From NCBI GenBank assembly GCA_976226885.1, contig OZ320317.1:38564001-38628000 (forward strand): 64,000 nt of DNA. Direction: 5' to 3'. The notes beneath the pieces are model-generated. The model searched no databases. It was not told the DNA's origin and was given only the letters and a program-made list of their open reading frames with translations. Position numbers and translations under genes: made by a program. This document shows positions 23,679-34,700 of the stretch, one piece after another (within the stretch, counting starts at the first letter, position 1; every line of letters begins with the position of its first letter). The DNA comes from Iphione sp. A-MEVVRFRX5. Its lineage: Eukaryota.

Positions 23679-26600
23679 CTTTGGTCCTGTAAAATTCAGA
23701 AGACTTCCCGGTGGTGTTCCCCCATGCGGTTGAAGCACATTTTCATGCAGCCAGACGGGCTGGTGGTCGGCCCAACCACTGTTGCACTGGACTGGTGGGC
23801 GAGTGATGGGTGCTCGTGCACTCATCACGCCTGGTTGCACATCCACTCACACTGCGCTGACACCTGTCAATCATTGTCATGTCTCTCTCGGCCAAGTCGG
23901 AGTCCGCCCGCCGTTGTTTTCCCCTGGCCCGACGTTAAATAAAGTTCCGGGGGGGGGGGGGGGAGATGCCACACAACTGTTTTTGTGTGGCATCCGAAAG
24001 TACTGATCAAAGCTAGCAATCCTCGGTATTCAAGTGACGTCACCAACAACTCAAGTCTGACCTCAGTTGGCAAAGACTACACGCAGCACACCGGTGGGAA
24101 CCCCAGCCCACTGTAACCCTGGCAAGAGGGGGTGAGTGCACATGCACTTCGGTACACTGCACACGCTGCTGCGTTATTTCATTGGGCTGCCTAGTCGGCA
24201 AAGCCCCTGTGTCTTCAAAACGCAAAACTGCAACTGTAACCATAACCACCATAACCTTGAATAAACCGACCCTACACGCTGAGATAGTGCACTTAGAGTG
24301 AACCAGATATTTTTGCGAGGACATTATTCCTTTAGAAAATCAAGATATTCTGTTGACGTACTCTCTACCAAGCTAATGTTACACTATTCCCAGATGCCAA
24401 CCCTTAAAAGAGATGAAGCTTCAAACATACTGTACTGGGAACAACCTAGGAAACAAACAAAAGTTGGCTAGTCTCCAGCTTGATCTCACTTGTAGGCTAC
24501 TGTTGTAAACGCACTAGGTAGATACCAATGACCTTCCAGTATGTGCTATAAACATCTGAGTTTACAAGGTGGGTTATAGGTACGGCATATGGTCGGAGGA
24601 GTATTATCCAACGCACCCATAAGACTATATTCCTACGTCAACTTTGAAACATTTAAGAATATAAATGCGTCGATTAAAAGGATCTTAACTTTGCAAAATA
24701 AATTACATGTACATGCAGGGAGCCTCATTGCAAGGAGTATACATGTACCACAATGTTTCGTCAGGTCAAATGACAGGATACCAAGTAGTCCTCATCCATG
24801 GAGAGATGATTATGTCTGTACTGATGTTAATTAAGTCAGATAATTAAGTGTTGATTGTACAGACCAGCCTGGTAAAAAATGCTATAGGTATAACCATTCA
24901 AGAAAAATGAAGAAAAAAGAATCCTTTCGTGTAGAATCTAGTTGCCAACAGTTAGTATGTCTCCGTCCAATCAGACGTGAAGGTAGTGACAGACCATTCC
25001 TCCCTGTCTTCGTCCTCATTCAAAGTAAATAAGAGGGATTATAGGATACAAATGTCCCTGCAGAAGGTATGCTTGGTAAGAGTAAGATTAGAATGGAGTA
25101 AATCATCAAGACGTGCCCAAAACAGCCCATTTAACAGAATCTCATTGGGCGTTTATGTCAAATCTGGTGGTAATTTACACAAATTATGTGAATTGAACAA
25201 ATTTTAGGCTGCAAAAAACGAAATCTTGCTGCTGTGTGTGCACGATACTATCTGCTCACTTAATGTCCTCAATTTGCCACACACAGTGTGACACCATTTT
25301 CAAGGGTATAGAGGCTGTTCACATACTCAGACCGTTCCTTGAATGACTGAAGTCAGGCACACACTGTATACCCTGAATGAGAAACCTGGTGGTATAGTGT
25401 TTTGGCTGTAGGAACATATACCCGAGTGAACAAGTGAATGTAGACACATACAAATGTATGTACATGTATATATATATCCATGTACATATATATATACATG
25501 CACTATTACAGTTTTCCTGACTCCCTCTCTCTTACTCCTCCTACAGAGATTATGTTTGGAGTAGGAAAAATAACTCAGCGCCGCTATACTTACTCTATGT
25601 CAGGGCTTGGTACCAGGTAGGTAGCTGAAAGGAACTGGGTAGTCCATCTTAACGCTATTATGATATTCAGTCTTATTAGTATCTTGAATGACTAGTTTCA
25701 TTAACAAGCAGGTTTAATAAATCGGTGGATACACATTCAATTTGCACCCAAAAATTGTCATCTTTGAAATTCCATGAGGACATAAACTTCCTATCATTAC
25801 CTACTCTGTTTCTCTGGAGTTCTTTTGATAATTCTACTTGAAGAATACATCTGTATGTATTTGTTTCAGAATTGTGCAAGTTTTACTTTGGTGCATAATG
25901 TATCAAGTCCGACTGTTCTAGACAGAATATCAGAGAATTGGAGTAAAACTATATTAATTTCCCACAAACCACGGAATGAAGTATAAACTTCTTGTAGGGA
26001 AACCATTTATTATTATGACCGTCTTTGCTCAGAGTCGAACTTGGAAAGAGGAGGGAGTAGAGTTACACATGTATGCTCCTTTCCGGGTAAGCAGATCTAT
26101 CATAAATGCTTCACCTTAAAATGAGACACAGAAACGTATACACATTGTCAAAGAGTTTGTTACTGAATCTGGGGGGACTCCTAGTAGCTCATTAAAACCT
26201 AAGGCTGATTGGCACGAGAATTAGCTGAAGGCACGCCATAGATGATCGGCCTGCGCTAAAGCAGCCTTCAAAACATGTTCAATATCACTTAATTTTGATG
26301 TGCTTGGTCTTGGTTTAGAATAGCTTTAGCACACCCATCACAATATGGAGTAGACCTTAATTATAAAAGTCCAATATCCATGATAGTAAGGGGTGGTTAG
26401 CTGACAAAGAGCGTGTAAGAAGAACGGCGAATAAAAGTAAAAAGTCAATTTTTGGGGAACCAAAAATATCAGAGGCTATCATAGCTGGTGATTGGGCAGG
26501 AGATTCAAAATCCTATTGCGATTCAGTGACAATATAATAGAGACTGGAGGAGGAAGGAAGTGAACCCACATTCCTTTCATAGCCCAAATGAGAGATCAGA

Positions 26601-26699
26601 ACACAACAACATGAAGAAAAACACAAATACTGATGTAAATGTTTCTCGTATAGTCGTCCGCAAACCATCCTTGTTAGAACTAATGGCAGAAAGGAGCAA

Positions 26700-28560
26700 T
26701 GCTATGGGTACAGCAAGAAGCGCAAGAGTCGACGGGAGTACGTGCGTTTGTGCGTGTTGGTAAATGTGTACGTGTATGCGTGAGTAGCAGCGAGTTGGTT
26801 GTCGCCGGTGCAACAAGCTGCCGCATTCAGTTCGGCGGTCGAGCTACTCCATGTTCGACAAGCGGTCTGAGCGTTGTTGCCGCCTACTGGTAGATACAGA
26901 TAACGGGAATGCTCTCAGCCCAGCGAACTGGTTGTTAGAACTGCTGCAGATTTCGCTGGCCGCGACATCGCACCACCAGCGGAGGCAGTGTGGAGCGAAG
27001 TCCTTCGCTTGCCGCCCGCGTTGGCCCCCTTCCTGGGCCCCTCCTCCGGTTTCTCCGCTGGCCGCGTTGGAGCCACTCGATACCAAACCGCCGCAGACAA
27101 GGGTGGGCACGCGGCGAACAGACACGGGAGTGCGAAGAGGAACCAGTATAGCACACCGGCACACTCTCCCAAACAGTCGCCCCTACACGCCAACGCGCGC
27201 GCTCGCCGGCCGTCCAGCAGCCGCCTCCTCCTACGTACAAATAACACCCTGCAGTGACAGAGATAAAAGCTGGTCCTGGTCGACTCCCACTATCTCCTCC
27301 GGCACTAGTAGTATTACCCCCGATGCGAGGACGATGGGTGTCCCGCAGGAAAAGCTTGCCGTCCATTTGTACATTCACTGATCGCATTGCCCGGCAGTCT
27401 TCAACGCCTGGCTTGGTCATCGGGTAAGCGCGCACTCGCGGGGCGAGCGAGGGAACGAGCGAGCGAGCGACGGAGGAGCCAACTACAAGAAGTGGCGATG
27501 GTGAGTGATCGATGAGCCAGTACACGCTCCTACCGCTGTTCAGCGCCCCCAAGCAGCTCGACGAGTCACAGACGAGGTGCCACTGAGCAGGACAATGCCC
27601 TCTCTCCATCCTCCTCACGTTGGCATCTCCGCCTTCCTGCAGGTCACGCCCGCGAAAAAAGGCACACGCCAAGCGCATTGAGAAGTCGACGAGGTGGCAG
27701 ACAATTGGGCCGAATGAGGAGGACAGGGCGGCCTTTTTGTTTCCGGCTGCGGTTTTGCAAGTGAGTAGTCTTCTCCTCCAATAGCGGTCAGGCAGCAAAC
27801 GGTGCCGGTGAGCCTGGCGTATCTTGGGAACCTGTGGCAATGTTAGGACCAATCGTCAGACTCATACACCTCTTTTGATTCTGAACACAGCGGACGAACT
27901 TGTGTGTTAGGAAGAAAGATTGTACACATTTAGTGAAGCCAAACAACTTACTGGTATCAAATGGTATCAAATTACTACAACGCTAAGACATCGATAAGAG
28001 ACTACATGTTTTTGGCAGCGACAATGACAGCAGTCAAGGCAACGGCGAAAGCGACGACGATAACGACGACGATAGGAAATGCACAAGGTAACCGGTCAAT
28101 CATCGTCGGCGAGCGGTCCTCAAAGCGCCGTCTCACTGGCACATCCGGCGGCCATCGTCGTTGGATTAGCGGGTGAAAGCGGCCCGCTGTCCCGTCTGTT
28201 CACTCTGCCACTAAATTGTAGCACGCGCCAGCGAGGAGAGTATTACTTCATTGGACATATTGGACATTGGCCAGAGAGTGTCTCGACCTTAACGATTGCC
28301 TGACACTACCGACACTATCAACGGGCTACTCACTGCTGCTGGGAGTGGCTCCCAACGCAACACCACATGGATCATCCGAGGATTTCGGCGCAGTGTTCGC
28401 AATCGGCGCGAGATTATGCATGAGAGCCTGTGGTCCGCCGACCCGACTGACAACTTGTCCCGCGCATGCCGGCACTCCGGAAGGGAAACAGGGAACTCCT
28501 CTTAAGATCTCTGAAGACTGCGGCTGTAGTGAGGAAGCCCAGTCAAGCCGACAGCTATGA
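26700..28560. promoter_or_regulatory. Large CpG-dense island (promoter/first-exon-like region)
   Basis: About 1.9 kb of GC- and CpG-rich sequence with (GCGA)n and (ACG)n runs, and several consensus splice donors (27424, 27501). Confidence 0.5.
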
Positions 28561-31149
28561 CGTGAGGCAGCACGATCTATGCTGATGTTTGAGGACGCAG
28601 CCAGACAGCGGCTTAAGTTCTCTGTCAGTGACTTTACTAGACTTGATCTGCTGCCAACTGGATAGTCACCAAGTCTGAGAGGGTCTATATTGTCTGTGAT
28701 GGGCAATAAGCTGGATTCTTCCACATCTTTGTTCCAATCCGTTGGATTCACTGCCGTACAATCTCTTTATTCATTCACTGACAATGAAGGTGATCGCTGA
28801 GCAACTCGATATATTTGGTGGTGTATGAGCTCCTCGTCTGGTCTTCTCACTGCCTCTATGGTCTTGACGTTCTTTGACCTCCCGTAATGTCAAGCATTTA
28901 CCGACCTGGCCTAAACCGTTGTTGGGTGAAATCATGTAATCGAAACGTTGCGGAAACACATAAGTAAGAGTGGTTTCTCATTCCCCACCTCATCCGCCAA
29001 GCGTCAGCCGCCCAGGGCACCAAAGCCAGGTCATCGATGGATAATCGATAGTAGGAGCTCTTGTATAGGCCGAGGTTGGCGCCGAGGCGTGCTGCTGCTG
29101 GTCGTGGTGGCTCTGACAGGCAACAGGTGAAAGGGGCCGTCAATAGGCTGAGTTAGGGGGATGGGTTAGGCTGTTTCCGTGTGGGGGAGTGTGGCGAGCA
29201 CTAAATACTGATAATCCGGCTGAACGCGGGGTGAAAGGCCCTATTGCCGCGCGGTATGCGCATCGCCTAGGCGGGTAGAGGGCGGCTTTGGCGACAACCA
29301 GTGGAGCGTGACAACTGATGGGAACACGAGGCTGCGAGGAATGGCCAAAATGGAAAGATCAGAGAAAAACTGAAAAGGCCGACGATACACAACGACATTT
29401 CTATTTTTGTAGGCTTCCCTCCTGGGGTTACATGTAAATAGGAGACCTGGACAAGATACATATGGTAGCTGTTTGTTTTTGCACTGCGAAAATGTACTCC
29501 GCTCGTACTTTTTACTATGATAAAACCTTGTCATTAATATTGTTATTTTGCTCCCGGTGCTAATATTACATGGAAAGCTGGCACCCAACACACGAAGCAG
29601 CAGTGCAGTTGTGTGGATTGAATATTCCAGTCTTTACGATCAACCTACACAACTTTCGCGACGAACAATAGAAAGACATCTACCATACGATAGGAATGTA
29701 ATTCATCTACGACAGACGTCCGAACACAATGAAGCCTAAATGACATGCTTCAACAGATCTGGCATCTGTCCGTCCTCTGAGTGTGAGGTATATACATATA
29801 CTTAACAAATTGTAGAGCGAATACCACTTGAATGACACGATTTTCTTGCAAGGTTAATTCGTTTTTTTTTTCACAAAAGAATTGCAATGAAAAGCAGTGG
29901 CTTACGATATTGCCTGGATATAATTGAAAAGGAGAACCTGTGGGTGTAAAGAAAACACTGAACTATAGTGTCAGGGAGAGGCACAGATACGAATTAATGC
30001 GAACAAGGTTGAAACTGGAAAAAAAGCAAATTCACAGTTGCTTTAATAACTGTTTGTAAAAGGAATACGGATCCATTCGTGGAGTTACTTGAGCTGCGCA
30101 TAATTGCGACAGGATTTCATTGTCAGACGCTAAATACACGCGTAAGGTACCACGGTTAGCGCACAGCGTAGCACTAAAGCGATGGTCAATTCTGTACCAA
30201 CGCGCCCCTACAAGAGCATACACGATCGACTTCAATGGGAAGCCCAGCAAACGTGCACGACGAAAATCACTCAATGGCAGCTAAAGTGACGTCACCAATT
30301 GAACTGGCTAGGCCTGACATACCATTAGCTGAATCTTTTATCCATACTTGCTATCTTTGCATTGTAACACACATCAAACAAGTTCTGGTACGGGTATTGT
30401 ACAATATATAGATTTGTAGCGTTTTAGTGAGAGAGACTGATTGTAATTTAGACCCTGTGCACGTAAATCGTCCGTTAGTTGTCATATTTCTTAGATGGAT
30501 AAAGTATTGTAAAGGTGCAAACTGCAAAGCAATGTGCATTTGTTTAACAGAGATTGTCAATATTTGCAAAATATCAACTTCAGCGTTCGCCGATTCTTCT
30601 TTCTCAGATAAACAGTAATTGTAGCAACTAAAGTGACGGGAAGTCTCAAAGCTGGATCTTTTATGACGAGGAGAGAGTTTTTTAATGACTTTATTTCTCC
30701 TCGCTATATTCTGTATGTAAACGATCACGTCCAGGATGAGATAAACTAACGAAAACGATTACACAGGTTACGGAAATTACCAGAGAAATCGGAAATGGGA
30801 CTCCTTGGGCAAACTGCCGCAACGTTTTGTAGCAATACATGGTATATAGAGAAAAGAGGGATCAAACTCTGATTAATTCGTCACAAGACCAAGACAAAAC
30901 GGAGACAGGAATAATGTACATGCACTGCTCTTCTCGAGTAAGGCGTCTATCACTGGGCATGTCCTGAGTGCTCGATTTACACGTACGCACGGCAGTACGC
31001 AACATGATACATGGGAGTCCATGGCGGCCACCAACACCCGTCGAGTTGCTGTTTGCTTCATTAGAAGCAACGCTTCCCTTTGAACTGTGTCCAAATCTAT
31101 CACGTCCCAGATCGGAAGGGACACCCCTCTCCGGTAGCCTACGTCCCAT

Positions 31150-31720
31150 CACAGGCCTCCGCTTTCATGCCTAACAAGCGGCTCAGGAGAGGCAGAGAAG
31201 CGCGATAGGCGCGGCCTTTCTCTGCCGAGGATATTACATTGTCTAGAGTTTACGCAAGTCAAGGGCGTACGGGGTACCATCGCTCAAAGCCGAGGTCACC
31301 AGACCCTTGCCACCCACATCCTCCGCCTATTCACCTCTCAAGCCATCCTTCTTTCTTTCTATGGGCGCAGCGTATGCCTGCAGCGAGTAAGCGAGGGCGC
31401 GGGCGCGCTGGAGGGTTGGCGGGCGGGCGGGCGGGCGGAGGGGAGTAAACCTAAGAGAATAAAGAGGGAAAAGTCCGGAGAGTGGCTGCGGATTCGTCGA
31501 GTTAAACGTTTAAAGCAGGCTCAGCTGCGGCCGCCGGTGACAGTGGGCCAGCATCTTCTCCGTGTATGTGCTACTCATGACGTCACAGTCCCCGCACTCC
31601 GTAGAGCCCATACACTCACATCCTGCCTACCACTCCAGCCTCAAAGACCTCTCGGTCCTGACCTATCGTGGCCGATAAGACACCACGCATCAACCATGCG
31701 TATATGACTAGGAACATCTT
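31150..31720. promoter_or_regulatory. CpG-dense promoter-like patch with tandem GC boxes and a full CRE
   Basis: A (GGGC)n array gives overlapping GGGCGG motifs at about 31419-31438. A perfect TGACGTCA lies at 31578-31585. Confidence 0.5.
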
Positions 31721-34700
31721 TATTTTTAAGCGGGTGTAGTAACTCCATTTTCTGGGATATATACATTAATAAAGGAGGTTACCTTCATAGTGTCTTTTTT
31801 CTTCTCACGGTTACCTAACACCAGGGACCCTCGTCCCATAAGAGATACATACATTCATGTTGGATCTTGAATGAGGGAGGGAAAGTCTGGTATACTTGTG
31901 GTACTCGCCATCATCTGTAAGACATCCTCTAGGACACCGTCAGGATACCATATAAATCGCCTATCGGATAACCACGCGCTCAACGTCGATCTTTTCCATC
32001 AGCTGCAGCGGTGGACCTCCAGCAAGGCAGGTCATCGTGGTCAACGAGGTCAGCCAGGTCAACCTCCAACCCTCTCTGCCGTCGCTGCGAGATGTCAGGT
32101 AAGGTGTATTGCCGATTGGTTCCAGCTTCGGAGGGCAACTGATCTTTGACACGATCTTTGGCCCACAACTCTAACGCATTCCTTCTGGGCCCTCTGAGGG
32201 ATGTGGGTCGTTCACCCAATAAAGTATGACTATTGAATGCATTATTAAGGCTGGTTTACCACGTGTACTTGAGTTAAGTCTGGGATGACGTCGAGTCACG
32301 TAGGGAAGCTATGCATTATGTTTTGAAACTATTGACGGTAAGATAAGAAAAACACTGCACCGAGAAAGATCGATTGCTGATATTGGAAACATCGGACATC
32401 TTAATGATCCAAGTTAAAAAACAAATCATAGAATTTAGGATAATTTTAATGCATATCATATGTAATTCACAGGAGAAGTGAAACCATATGTTTAAGACAG
32501 TTCAAATTCCATGACGCCAATTCACCACGGGGTATTTTGATAATATCGGGAAGTGTTGTTTGACGGTGAACACTGACGTCCGTTTTCTTAGGTGGAAAAA
32601 ACTTACTGGATCATTTCACAATATTTACTCGGGTTAAAAATAAAGTAGATATATTCTGGGAGAATCATCGCCAATGCCAAGATAAAGGACGAAAACCTTT
32701 GTGCATCGCTCGGAAGATATAAGTGAAAATGCCAGAATTAAAGGCCACCCTAGCGCTTGTTGAGACCACCAGTGCCTGGTTGGGTGTTCGGCTCTCTGCC
32801 AATGGCCGCGAGAAGGGTGCACCTGGTTCGGCGATAGCAGAGAACGGCAGCTCCCAACCGAACACCTTCGGCATCCCCGGCAGTAGCCCAGGCCTGGCAT
32901 GAGAACCTGGCAGAGACACAGAGTGGAACATATGTATGAACGCCCACACCTCCACTCCCGCCTCTAGAAAAACATAGCGTGCGTTTGAAAAAAACACACA
33001 TAGAGGCATGACGAAATACCTCATTTGTATGGGAAGTAATAATAGTTTCTGTTCCTAAAAAATGAGGCAAGAATGCTTTGTTTTATCAAAATAATATTGA
33101 TGCATGTCGCATGTGTACAGTAAAACTTCACCTTTATCACTTCCTCATGGTTATAAATACTTCACAGAGGGGAGTCCTAGAAAAGGGGAGCCTGGGAAAA
33201 GCCTGAAGCGACTAAAGACTATCAGCATATAAAGTACACTGTGCAACATAATACCCTTTGCACCTGGCCGCAGTATAGTTCGATAAAGAGGGACACATTT
33301 CTGCAGACCACATTGAAAAGTGGCAGGACGTGGCTCAAGTGGATATGATAGGGGGAAGTAAAGTAATCAATTACGTCCGACTTAAAGGAAGGCTCTCTCG
33401 AGGAAAGACTCGGAATCCCACGACGCGGGTCGGAACCTCATCTAAAGTGGCATGTTCAATTTTCCTTTTGACTTCCATTCAGAGTGCGGTTTGCCTTTCG
33501 CACGGAAGTGTTCTTTGTGCATTAAATTCCTTTCCTTAATCGGAGCGATATCCATATACAATATTTCGGGAGCTTACCTTTTTGGTTCCAAGTTCCAGTT
33601 TTGATAGAATTTTCTGACGAGATTAAAGATTTGAAAGACGCCTCATCATATTTCAGGACATTATCAGAAATCTTGGATTCATACTGCTCTTAGCTTCTCT
33701 GCACTGTAATGATTTGTAGAAGTAAACGATATGAATAATCGATATTAATACATGTATATTGACCAACAATACGCATACTGATTGAGCTACTAGCGTCTAA
33801 ATTGGAAGCTGTGCAATGTATTTGAAAGGTTCTCTGGACATGTATTTGAAAATGCCTGATCAATGATTAGAAACCTTTTCGCTCTAAGAGTGAAGAGCAC
33901 TTGAAGATCATTAGTAGCACATACACCAGAAATACTTCCTATCCGATCTTCTTAGTGTAGAAATGTAAGATATAATGGAAAATGTTCCCAAAAATTACTT
34001 TTTTATATTCAAAGCGAAAACGCATAGGACATCATCAGAGTCGTATAGCGACGTAGTACCTCCATTAAGATCTTACAATATTTCTTTTATAACGTTTATT
34101 AGTAAATCCAGCTATGTTTCAAAAAGCGAAAATGCATATTGTCATAAAACACATAGTAACATATCTCTATATGAGTTAATTTATGCTACGTGGGTTAGCT
34201 TTCTATTAATGGTTATGAGATGCTCAGACTATCTAGAACGAGATAATATAAAGAAGTGGAGTTGCAGAAATTGCACAAGACCCTATAATGGTAGGTAATG
34301 ATCGCAAGTATCATAGATTTTAACAATAGACATTAAAATTTCAGAATATAAGGATAAAGTGTGATCGGTAGCAGCAGTTCCTCTCATGAAGAAGCCAAAA
34401 AAGGATAGTATCGCAATCTCCTATTCTCAGTATCAAGGTTTCATCGCTGAGAGAGAGCCCGTAGAGATTCTTGATGTGGTCATTTATGTCATTGTTCCTT
34501 TTGGTTTTAATGCAGAGACAGGGTTAGCCGGGGCGCCTCCACCGATACCTTGTATACAATTGGCAGACCGAGCAATGGGTGTGCTTCCATTCGATAGTCC
34601 AGCCTATGTCTCCATTTGCATCTAAATGATGCGAAATGCACTTAGCGGATGAGGCCTTCGACCCTAAATCTTGGAGTGGGTCACCGACCCTATTCGAGGC

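Noticed and set aside
23965-24016. Hairpin followed by CTAG as a Helitron 3' end
   Set aside because: The spacing is 18 nt, the next base is C rather than T, and no matching 5' TC end was identified.
26935-27852. 305-aa minus-strand ORF and the overlapping 89-176 aa ORFs
   Set aside because: No recognisable domain, and several frames are open at once, as expected in GC-rich DNA where stops are rare.
28326-28751. 141-aa minus-strand ORF bounded by CAG and GTGAGT
   Set aside because: The putative acceptor has a purine-rich upstream tract and the peptide is unrecognisable.
32729-32902. 57-aa small ORF MPELKATLALVETTSAWLGVR...
   Set aside because: No homology or usable splice donor, and the length is within chance expectation.
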